Shown piece by piece: positions 28,262-35,787 of a stretch of 64,000 nt of DNA. Position numbers and translations under genes: made by a program. A model generated the notes under the pieces. That model did not search any database and was not told the origin of the DNA. It saw only the letters and a program-made list of their open reading frames with translations. This DNA is from an uncultured Acidimicrobiaceae bacterium (lineage in GTDB: Bacteria; Actinomycetota; Acidimicrobiia; Acidimicrobiales; Bog-793). The stretch's first letter is position 1. Every line of letters starts with the position of its first letter. The stretch spans positions 6,815-70,814 of the forward strand of contig CAWILM010000011.1 in NCBI GenBank assembly GCA_963836935.1. Reading direction: 5' to 3'.

Positions 28262-29542
28262 ATGCGAGCGGTACTCCGTCCTCTCACTGCATTAGCGGCG
28301 TTTGTGGCCCTCGTCGTTCCCTCGCTGGCAAGTGCTGCGAGTACCGCGACAGTCCCCACGCGCCACCTCCCCGCCAGTGGTGCAACGATCAGGTGGCCGG
28401 TGATGGTTCACAATGCCGAGACGTGCATCTGGTCGTCGTCGCCCAAGGTCGCAGGATTCGATGGAACTGCGAAGTGCACGAACGGCAGGGTGGTTCGACC
28501 GGCCACGTTCGATGCCAATACGTCAGCTGACGCGAGGGATTACACGCTCAACCTGGTCGTGCGTGGTACGACCAGGACGGTCGATCACCTGAAGGTCGTT
28601 GAAGCCGGGAAGCCAACACCGACCACCACGACGACTTCAACTACCACGACGACTTCAACCACCACGACAACGCCGCCGCCGACTCCAACCACCACCACAA
28701 CGCCGCCGCCGACTTCAACCACCACTACGACGCTACCGTCGACGTCGTTCCCTGGCTCGACATCTAACAACTGGTCTGGATACGTCCTTACCGGAGAAAG
28801 CGGCGGATATGAAGCGGTAAGTGCCACGTGGACGGTCCCGACGCTGGACTGCTCCTCGGTACCGGGCGGCTTCACATCGGACTGGGTGGGTGTCAACGGC
28901 GCTGCTGGCCAGCCCGGTCTCTTCCAGGACGGAACGACCTCCTACTGCGTCAACGGGCAGGAGAGCGACTATGCCTGGTGGACGGATGAAGCTGAAGGGT
29001 ACTCAAGTGTGCCCCTTTTTGTGGTCGCGTCCGGCGATGTCATTGACGCCAAGGTTTTCCAGGATGCGTCAGGTTACTGGTACTACTACGTCGCGGATCT
29101 CTCCAGTGGATCGTCGTCCTCAAACCCCGAGATCGATTCTGGTCCCGGAACGTCAGCCGAGTGGATAGCAGAGGATCCCGAAGACTCAACCACGAAAGCG
29201 CTCTATCCCCTCGCGGACTTCGGGTTGGTAACGTTTAAGGACCTTGCAGTGATAGTGCCGTCCGGCTCCTGGGTGTTGCCCCCTTATTCCGATGCAGTTG
29301 AGATGGTGACGAGTGACGGATCCGTCGAGGCCTTGCCTAGTGCGATCCAAGGCTCTGGCACGTCAGCTGCTTTCACGGTCACTTACGAGCCGCCCGGCGA
29401 GATGGGTTCCACGGCGGGCACTGCCTCTGTGAAGCACTCGCAGTCGACATTCGTGGGGCTAGTGCCGCGAGCCGCTCCGCACCGTCGACTAGGTCGGCCA
29501 TTGATCGGTCAAGGGTCACGACCAGCATGGCGAGGATACTGA
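28262..29542 (+). CDS. Secreted peptidase G1 (eqolisin / scytalidoglutamic peptidase-like) homologue with N-terminal domain and Thr/Pro-rich linker
   Basis: The signal peptide reads MRAVLRPLTALAAFVALVVPSLASA. A ~100-aa N-terminal domain is followed by the linker PTPTTTTTSTTTTTSTTTTTPPPTPTTTTTPPPTSTTTTT. The G1 domain reads SNNWSGYVL..YEAVSATWTVP..SDWVGVNGAAGQPGLFQDGT..YAWWTDEAEG..SGDVIDAKV..GTSAEWIAEDPED..ADFGLVTF... Gln in LFQDG and Glu in AEWIAED sit where the catalytic Q/E dyad lies. The last ~35 aa are low quality and overlap an IS3 remnant. Confidence 0.6.
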   Translation: MRAVLRPLTALAAFVALVVPSLASAASTATVPTRHLPASGATIRWPVMVHNAETCIWSSSPKVAGFDGTAKCTNGRVVRPATFDANTSADARDYTLNLVVRGTTRTVDHLKVVEAGKPTPTTTTTSTTTTTSTTTTTPPPTPTTTTTPPPTSTTTTTLPSTSFPGSTSNNWSGYVLTGESGGYEAVSATWTVPTLDCSSVPGGFTSDWVGVNGAAGQPGLFQDGTTSYCVNGQESDYAWWTDEAEGYSSVPLFVVASGDVIDAKVFQDASGYWYYYVADLSSGSSSSNPEIDSGPGTSAEWIAEDPEDSTTKALYPLADFGLVTFKDLAVIVPSGSWVLPPYSDAVEMVTSDGSVEALPSAIQGSGTSAAFTVTYEPPGEMGSTAGTASVKHSQSTFVGLVPRAAPHRRLGRPLIGQGSRPAWRGY

Positions 29543-29704
29543 ACCGACAGCGCTGGGGAACCAATCTCGAATTCGCTATCACGATCGCCGATCACATCGA
29601 GAACTTCTACAACCGGACTCGACGCCACAGCTCGCTCGGCTACCTCACTGCGAGCGAATTCGAAGATCCACGCTCGACCCACACCCCGGCCACGTTGTCA
29701 TAAA
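29527..29704 (+). pseudogene. IS3-family transposase (OrfB) C-terminal remnant, ~59 codons
   Basis: I translated this by hand: MARILNRQRWGTNLEFAITIADHIENFYNRTRRHSSLGYLTASEFEDPRSTHTPATLS*. The ..YIE.FYN..RRHS.LGY..P.EFE motif is the conserved end of IS3 integrase-core transposases. Nothing upstream matches the rest of the enzyme. Confidence 0.55.
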
Positions 29705-29736
29705 GCGTGGTCCACGCAATGGGGTCAAGCCCACAT

Positions 29737-29759
29737 GGTGGGCGCTGAGGGACTCGAAA
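29737..29759 (-). other. Isolated tRNA 3'-end-like fragment (T-loop, T-stem 3' strand, acceptor 3' strand, CCA)
   Basis: The minus strand reads TTCGAGTCCCTCAGCGCCCACCA. This parses as T-loop TTCGAGT, then CCCTC, then AGCGCCC, then discriminator A, then CCA. The 5' T-stem partner (GAGGG) and the rest of a tRNA are absent upstream, so this is a fragment and not a gene. Confidence 0.4.
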
Positions 29760-29904
29760 CCTGTACGCCTTCTCTCTCCGACAAGGGTGGTCGGGTTTCC
29801 ACCTTGCCTCTAGGGTGAAATGCCTTCCCCTTGCACGAACCTGGGCGCGCGCGGGGAGGGTGCTGTCCCCGGGCGAACGATTGGGGTTGTCGCGTGTTGA
29901 AACG

Positions 29905-31161
29905 CTACGCGGCCCTCTCGATGAGGCTGACGTCGAAGCCGAGCGCCTCGATCCGCCGTGCGAGTCGCTTCGCCTCGACGGCTGGATCGTGACGGCGCTC
30001 GAAGTAGTCCGCTCCTGGGTCGTCGTATAAGGCACCGGTGCTGAGCAGGTGCCAGATGGTGAACAAGATCGAGTTCGCGACCGCGACGGCAGCTTTGTTC
30101 GCGCCCCGTCGCCGGGCGATGCGCGCGTACTGGGCCGAGTAGTAGGTGTTCTTTGTGCGTGCGGCGGACCGAGCCGATTCGATCAGGGCACGCCGGAGCC
30201 ACTGTGATCCATGACGGGTGCCCGCCGGCCGTCGTTTGCCTGCAGATTCATAGCTCGCCGGAGCGACCCCCGCCCAGGCACAGAGCTGACCAGGCGTCGG
30301 GAACCGGCTCATGTCGGCGCCGGTCTCCGCGACGATCACCTCGGCGGTCCTCCTCGAGATCCCCGGCAGAGAGGTCACGATGGTGACCGCCGCCTCAAAA
30401 GGGACGAGCCGTGTCGTGACCTCCTCTGTCAGCGCGGCAATCGAATGGTCGAGGAAGTCGATGGGGTCGATGATCTGGCGGCAGACGACAGCGTGATGCG
30501 CGCCGAAGTGACCCGACAGGGCCTTTTCGAGTCGGTCGATCTTGCCTCGCATCCTGCCCTTGGCCATCTGGGCGAGGACGATGGGGTCAGCGGTCCCTGA
30601 GATGAGCGCCTCGATGATCTCGCGCGAGGACATGCTCCACACCGACGAGGCGACCGAGGTGAGCTTGATGCCGGCGTCCTGGAGCACTTTCTCCAGGCGC
30701 TGGATCTCTCTTGCGCGGGCGTCGACTTGAGTCTTGCGGTAGCGGGTGAGCTCGCGGAGCTCTCGGATCTCTGGCGCGGGGACGAAAGAGGGCCGCACCA
30801 TGCCGTGCGCGGCGACATCGGCCAGCCACTCGGCGTCCGACAGGTCGCTCTTTCGGCCCGGGACGTTCTTCACGTGCTGCGCGTTGCACAGCCACAACTC
30901 GTCGAACATCCCTTCGAGGGCGTAGTACGGACTCCTCCAATAAACCCCAGTCGCTTCCATCGCCACGGTCGTGACGGCGACATCGGAGAGGAAGACCGTG
31001 AGCTCACCGAGACCTTTTCGAGTCGTGGGGAAGCTCTGTTTCGTCACTTCGACCTCACCGTCAGGATCGACGACGCGACAGCAAGCGACGATCGTGTCCC
31101 GATGGACCTCGAGCCCGGCGACGCGGTCTCTGATCCGCTTCATCACCATCACCTCCGTCAA
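29905..31161 (-). CDS. IS110-family transposase (DEDD recombinase), copy B (different sequence from copy A)
   Basis: It contains VAGLEVHRDTIVACCRV, VAMEATGVYWRSPYYAL, GRKSDLSDAEWLADV and the C-terminal LPGISRRTAEVIVAETGADMSRFPTPGQLCAWAGVAPASYESAGK. The probable start is a few codons inside the ORF (MVMKRIRDR). Confidence 0.82.
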   Translation of the reverse strand: MTEVMVMKRIRDRVAGLEVHRDTIVACCRVVDPDGEVEVTKQSFPTTRKGLGELTVFLSDVAVTTVAMEATGVYWRSPYYALEGMFDELWLCNAQHVKNVPGRKSDLSDAEWLADVAAHGMVRPSFVPAPEIRELRELTRYRKTQVDARAREIQRLEKVLQDAGIKLTSVASSVWSMSSREIIEALISGTADPIVLAQMAKGRMRGKIDRLEKALSGHFGAHHAVVCRQIIDPIDFLDHSIAALTEEVTTRLVPFEAAVTIVTSLPGISRRTAEVIVAETGADMSRFPTPGQLCAWAGVAPASYESAGKRRPAGTRHGSQWLRRALIESARSAARTKNTYYSAQYARIARRRGANKAAVAVANSILFTIWHLLSTGALYDDPGADYFERRHDPAVEAKRLARRIEALGFDVSLIERAA

Positions 31162-31586
31162 GTTGTCAGGAGGTTGTCGGGGAAGGGACCTGGCGAAGCG
31201 AAATCTAGGGTTCGTGCTCGTGGCGACAGTCGGAGGTCTTCCACGGTCCCTGCGTCAGACTAACGACGCGCTCTCAGCTGCAAGAATCATTCGGCGACCA
31301 CGCCCGACAACCACCACCAAGCATTTCATTGGGCGAGGGTGGTCGCCAGGTCATCGGGACTAACGAGATCCCGGCCGCGGATTGACGACCTTTGCCTGGC
31401 CGGTTCCGACCAGCATCGGGGCTGGCTGTCTCGCCGTTCTCCCTGCACGCCACACTGGTCGGGTTTCCGCGTACTCTCTTCCCTGTCCCGCTGGGGATCG
31501 GACACAACGCCTGATCGGCGTCGCGTCATTAAGCTCACGGTTAGGCGAACCTTGTACGCAGGCGCGTTTGCCCGAGCTGTCTTCCA

Positions 31587-34274
31587 GTGGCGCCGGGAGC
31601 GGGCAAGGCGAAAAGTGACCAGGGGGAGCAGGTGGTTGCATCTATTGACACCCAGCCGATTCGCGACACGGGGTGCGGTGAGGATCCCGGGAGCCGTCTC
31701 TGGGGCTGGAGGAGGGAAGCGAGACCGCTACCGGTGGCCCTCCTGGCTCTTCTCGCTTTGCTGACCACCTCAATCGGGACGGCGATTCCTGCCGGGGCAA
31801 GTTCACCGACATCGCCCCCGGCGGCTTGGACGCGACTCTCTCCGACCGCCAGCCCCGGCGCTCGGAACAGTGCGTCCATGGCCTACGACACGGCCACCGG
31901 GGGCATCGTCCTGTTCGGGGGATCCGCCAACAGTAGCGACCTCAACGACACATGGACCTTCAGCGGCACGACCTGGAAGCAGCTTTCTCCGGCCACCAGC
32001 CCACCCGCCCGGGCGTACGCCTCCATGGCCTACGACCCGGCCACGGGGAACATGGTCCTGTTCGGGGGATCCGGTGTGAGCAGCGACCTCAGCGACACCT
32101 GGACGTTCAACGGTACGACCTGGAGTCAGCTCTCGCCGGCGACCAGCCCTCCCGCCCGGGACGGTGCCTCCATGGCCTACGACCCGGCCACGGGGAGCAT
32201 GGTCCTGTTCGGGGGAGAGGCCAACAGCGTCAACCTCAGCGACACGTGGAGCTTCAACGGCACGACCTGGGCTCAGCTGTCGCCGGCGACCAGCCCGCCC
32301 GCTCGCTGGTACGCGTCCATGGCCTACGACCCGGCCACGCCGGACCTAGTCCTGTTCGGGGGGTCCGGCGCCAGCAGCGACCTCAGCGACATCTGGACCT
32401 TCAACGGCACGACTTGGACGGAGCTTTCTCCGGCTACCAGCCCGCCCGCTCGCGACAGCGCGTTCATGGACTACGACCCAGTTACGGGGAAGGTGGTCCT
32501 GTTCGGTGGGTCCGCCGCCAGCAGCGACCTCAGCGACACCTGGACCTTCAACGGCACGACCTGGACCCAGCTCTCCCCGCCAGCCAGTCCACTTGCTCGG
32601 GACAGCGGGTCCATGGCCTACGACCTGGCCGCGGGGAAAATGGTCTTGTTCGGAGGAGAGGCCAACAGTGTCGACCTCAGCGACACCTGGACCTTCGTGC
32701 AGGTGACCGTTAGCCTCGTGCAGGCCAGCCCGACCTCGGCGATGGTCACCTACGGTGCCGGTTACAGCGGCCACAGCCTTGCCGTGACGAACTCGACCGG
32801 CATTGTCAGCTACACGGAGGCAGCCTCGTCGGACTCCGCCGACGTCGTCGTGAGCAGCACCGGTGCGATCAGCGCGGCCACCGCGCTCGTGCTGGGCACC
32901 TACACCGTAAGTGGCAGCGAGACCGATACCAACGGTGACACCGGCACATGGGTCTTCAGCCTGACCGTCGGTCAGGCCAGCCAGGCCATCACGTTCACTT
33001 CGACGCCGCCCTCCGACGCAGTCGTGGGCGCGACCTACACCGTGACGGCCACCGGCGGTGCCTCTGGCAACGTGATCACTTTCAGCACGACCTCGGTCTG
33101 CACCGTGTCGGGCTCGACGGTGAGCTTTGTCGGCGTGGGCAAGTGCGTGGTCGACGCGAACCAGGCCAGCAACGCGGACTACCTCGCGGCCCCCCAGGTC
33201 CAGCAGACGATCAGCGTCGGCAAGGCTCCCCAGACCATCATCTTCACCTCTCGGCCTCCCTCCGACGCCGCCGTGGGTGCTACCTACACGGTCACGGCCA
33301 GCGGGGGTGCCTCCGGCCAGCCGGTCACTCTCAGAACGAACTCCGTGTGCACCGTTTCGGGTTCGACGGTGCGTTTCAACAAGGTCGGCAAGTGCGTCAT
33401 CGACGCAAGCCAGGCTGGTGACGCGGACTACCTCGCCGCCATCCAGGTCCAGCAGACGATCGTGGTCGGCAAGGGTTCCCAGACGATCACGTTCACTTCG
33501 AAGGCACCGTCCGGCGCCGCCGTGGGTGCTACCTACACGGTCACGGCCAGCGGCGGTGCCTCCGGCCAGCCGGTCACTCTCAGAACGAACTCCGTGTGCA
33601 CCGTTTCGGGTTCGACGGTGCGTTTCAACAAGGTCGGCAAGTGCGTCATCGACGCAAGCCAGGCTGGTGACGCGGACTACCTCGCCGCCATCCAGGTCCA
33701 GCAGACGATCGCGGTCGGCAAGGGTTCCCAGACGATCACGTTCACTTCGAAGGCACCGTCCGACGCCGCCGTGGGTGCTACCTACACGGTCACGGCCAGC
33801 GGCGGTGCCTCCGGCCAGCCGGTCACTTTCAGCACGGCGTCGATGTGTACCGTGTCGGGCTCGAAGGTGCATTTCATCGGCGTTGGCAAGTGCGTGATCA
33901 AGGCGAACCAGGCGGGCGACACGGACTACCTCGCGGCCGATCAGACCTCCCAAAGCTTCAGGGTAGGAAAGGCCACTTCCAGGATCGCTTTCCGGCTGTC
34001 AGCGGCCAAAGTGATCTTCGGGAAGGAAAAGTTCGAGCGTTTTTCGGTTACCGTTGCTCCGCAGTTTGCCGGCTCGACACCAACCGGGAGGGTCACCATC
34101 CGCAACGGAGGCACTGTTTTGTGCACGACTTCGCTGTCGTCGGGCAAGGCGACGTGCAGGCTGTCACCGAGCGAACTCAAGGCCGGCACCTACCGCCTTG
34201 TCGCTGCTTATCGTGGCAGCGCGGACTTCAACGGCTCCACCTCGGCGAAGGAGACCCTCAAGGTTACGAGTTGA
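31587..34274 (+). CDS. Secreted Kelch-repeat (6-bladed propeller) protein with 4 tandem Ig-like repeats and a terminal Big_3-type Ig domain
   Basis: The hydrophobic N-terminus reads RPLPVALLALLALLTTSIGTAIPAGA, and the start is probably a GTG near 31633. Six units follow: W(T/S)QLSPATSPPAR..ASMAYDPATG.MVLFGG....S.DLSDTWTFNGTTW. Then come four 83-aa units, ITFTS.PPSDAAVGATYTVTASGGASGQPVT..T.SVCTVSGSTV.F..VGKCVIDA.QAG.ADYLAA.QVQQTI.VGK. The tail is ..TPTGRVTIRNGGTVLCTTSLSSGKATCRLSPSELKAGTYRLVAAYRGSADFNGSTS. Confidence 0.72.
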   Translation: MAPGAGKAKSDQGEQVVASIDTQPIRDTGCGEDPGSRLWGWRREARPLPVALLALLALLTTSIGTAIPAGASSPTSPPAAWTRLSPTASPGARNSASMAYDTATGGIVLFGGSANSSDLNDTWTFSGTTWKQLSPATSPPARAYASMAYDPATGNMVLFGGSGVSSDLSDTWTFNGTTWSQLSPATSPPARDGASMAYDPATGSMVLFGGEANSVNLSDTWSFNGTTWAQLSPATSPPARWYASMAYDPATPDLVLFGGSGASSDLSDIWTFNGTTWTELSPATSPPARDSAFMDYDPVTGKVVLFGGSAASSDLSDTWTFNGTTWTQLSPPASPLARDSGSMAYDLAAGKMVLFGGEANSVDLSDTWTFVQVTVSLVQASPTSAMVTYGAGYSGHSLAVTNSTGIVSYTEAASSDSADVVVSSTGAISAATALVLGTYTVSGSETDTNGDTGTWVFSLTVGQASQAITFTSTPPSDAVVGATYTVTATGGASGNVITFSTTSVCTVSGSTVSFVGVGKCVVDANQASNADYLAAPQVQQTISVGKAPQTIIFTSRPPSDAAVGATYTVTASGGASGQPVTLRTNSVCTVSGSTVRFNKVGKCVIDASQAGDADYLAAIQVQQTIVVGKGSQTITFTSKAPSGAAVGATYTVTASGGASGQPVTLRTNSVCTVSGSTVRFNKVGKCVIDASQAGDADYLAAIQVQQTIAVGKGSQTITFTSKAPSDAAVGATYTVTASGGASGQPVTFSTASMCTVSGSKVHFIGVGKCVIKANQAGDTDYLAADQTSQSFRVGKATSRIAFRLSAAKVIFGKEKFERFSVTVAPQFAGSTPTGRVTIRNGGTVLCTTSLSSGKATCRLSPSELKAGTYRLVAAYRGSADFNGSTSAKETLKVTS
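32988..33983 (+). repeat. 4 x 249-bp in-frame tandem repeat; units 2 and 3 nearly identical over ~190 bp
   Basis: Unit starts (ATCA(C/T)(G/C)TTCAC) are at 32988, 33237, 33486 and 33735. From GCCGCCGTGGGTGCTACCTACACGGTCACGGCCAGCGG to CAGCAGACGATCG, units 2 and 3 differ at only one or two positions by eye. Confidence 0.85.
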
Positions 34275-34350
34275 TCGAGCTGCTGGCACGCCGAGGGCAC
34301 TGGTCGACAGCACGGGCGCTGCAGGCTGCCACTGTCCGCGGCTGGCCCGG

Positions 34351-35787
34351 TTAGTCCACCTGCTCACTGGCGAGCTTGGCTCCCAGCTTGAATGCTTCTT
34401 CATTGAGCGGGATCATGGCGCACTTCTGTCTCAGCGTGGCGCGAAGGGCCGTGAGGAATGTCTCTTCTGGAAAGACCTTCGTCGCTCCCTGCAAGGCGCC
34501 GAGGGCTACGACGTTCTTCACGAGCACGGCACCGAGGTCATTGGCGACGGCCGTGAAGGGCACTGGCACGAGCTTGACCCCCGGGGCAGCGGCGTCCGGC
34601 TGGGCGCTTATGACGGAGCTGTCGTAGATGATCATCCCGTCGGGATGCACGGTCGGTCCGAACTTGGCGAGGCTGGGAGCGTTGAACGCCACGAGCACGT
34701 GGGGGCGCGGTGCGGCCGGGGACATCACCTCCTTCAGGGCCACATGAACGTCGGCGTAGGAGGCGCCGCCACGAGACTCGGGGCCATAGCTCGGGATGTG
34801 CGTCGAGTCGAACCCCTCGTTGATCGCGCCGCGGGTGAGGATCATCGCGGCGGTCTGGGCACCGTCGCCGCCGGAACCCGCCAGTTTGAAGCTGATGTCC
34901 TCGGCGTCGATGTGCGTGGGGAATCCTTCGGCGAAGCGCGCTGCTCGTTCGGTGGTCGTGCCCAGCGCGGTGAGGGTCCGTTCCGGATCGAACCTGGCCG
35001 TCGGTATGGCGGGGAAGGAGGGCCCTTCCGTCGTGTCCTTCTTTACACCGAGTGGGAAGATCGGCTCCATGTTCTCCCTCACCCAGTCCTCGGCGGCCTC
35101 CGGTTCGAGGCCGAGGTGGACGGGACACTCGGAGAGGACCTCGACGAACGCAAAGCCTTTGCCAGAGACCTGCAACTCGAGCGCCTTCTTTATGGAACGC
35201 TTGGCGTGGGTCCGGCGCCTGTTGTCGTACAAAGCGACCCGCTCGACGTACACGGGTCCATCGAGACATGCAATCAACTCCGCCATCTTTATCGGTTGGC
35301 CGGCGAAGGGAGTCCGGCCCTTTGGCGTGGTGGTCGTTCGCTGGCCGATGAGGGTCGTGGGGGCCATCTGCCCGCCGGTCATCCCGTAGATGGCGTTGTT
35401 GATGAAGATGACCGTGATGGGGATCCCGAGCTGTGCCGTGCTGACGGTCTCGGCGAGGCCGATAGATGCCAGGTCGCCGTCCCCCTGATAGGAGATCACG
35501 ATCGAGTCCGGGTTTGCCGTCTTGTGACCGATCGCCACCGCCGGGGCGCGCCCGTGCGGGGCCTGTGAGTTCCCGACATCGAAGTAGTAGTAGGAGAACA
35601 CCGCGCAGCCGACCGGCGAGACCAGGACCGTGCGGTCCTGGACCCCGAGCTCGTCAATGGCTTCGGCCAAGTACTTCTGTGCCAGGCCATGACCGCAGCC
35701 AGGGCAGTAAGTCGTCGAATGGGCAGCCACCCCCTCGCCGTTGGCGTGGCGCTCGAATTGGCGGTAGAAGACGGACGCCGTCATCAA
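34351..35787 (-). CDS. 2-oxoacid:ferredoxin oxidoreductase, fused beta (TPP-binding) + gamma subunit
   Basis: The beta part reads YCPGCGHG, ..ISYQGDGDLASIGLAE..IFINNAIYGMTGGQ (TPP motif). The gamma-type domain reads ..FKLAGSGGDGAQTAAMILTRGAINEG..SYGPESRGGASYADVHV... There is a 4-nt ATGA overlap with the upstream gene. Confidence 0.8.
   Translation of the reverse strand: MMTASVFYRQFERHANGEGVAAHSTTYCPGCGHGLAQKYLAEAIDELGVQDRTVLVSPVGCAVFSYYYFDVGNSQAPHGRAPAVAIGHKTANPDSIVISYQGDGDLASIGLAETVSTAQLGIPITVIFINNAIYGMTGGQMAPTTLIGQRTTTTPKGRTPFAGQPIKMAELIACLDGPVYVERVALYDNRRRTHAKRSIKKALELQVSGKGFAFVEVLSECPVHLGLEPEAAEDWVRENMEPIFPLGVKKDTTEGPSFPAIPTARFDPERTLTALGTTTERAARFAEGFPTHIDAEDISFKLAGSGGDGAQTAAMILTRGAINEGFDSTHIPSYGPESRGGASYADVHVALKEVMSPAAPRPHVLVAFNAPSLAKFGPTVHPDGMIIYDSSVISAQPDAAAPGVKLVPVPFTAVANDLGAVLVKNVVALGALQGATKVFPEETFLTALRATLRQKCAMIPLNEEAFKLGAKLASEQVD

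Noticed and set aside
29760-31500. A 12-nt exact match, GGTCGGGTTTCC, on both sides of IS110 copy B (around 29785 and 31455), considered as a possible target duplication or att repeat.
   Set aside because: In 64 kb of biased-composition DNA, on the order of a hundred chance 12-mer pairs are expected. The flanking sequence does not extend the match in a consistent orientation.
32346-33953. 535-aa ORF on the minus strand.
   Set aside because: It is entirely antisense to the Kelch/Ig gene. Its composition is R/G/D/H-rich and repetitive only because it mirrors the sense-strand repeats. This is a typical high-GC shadow ORF.
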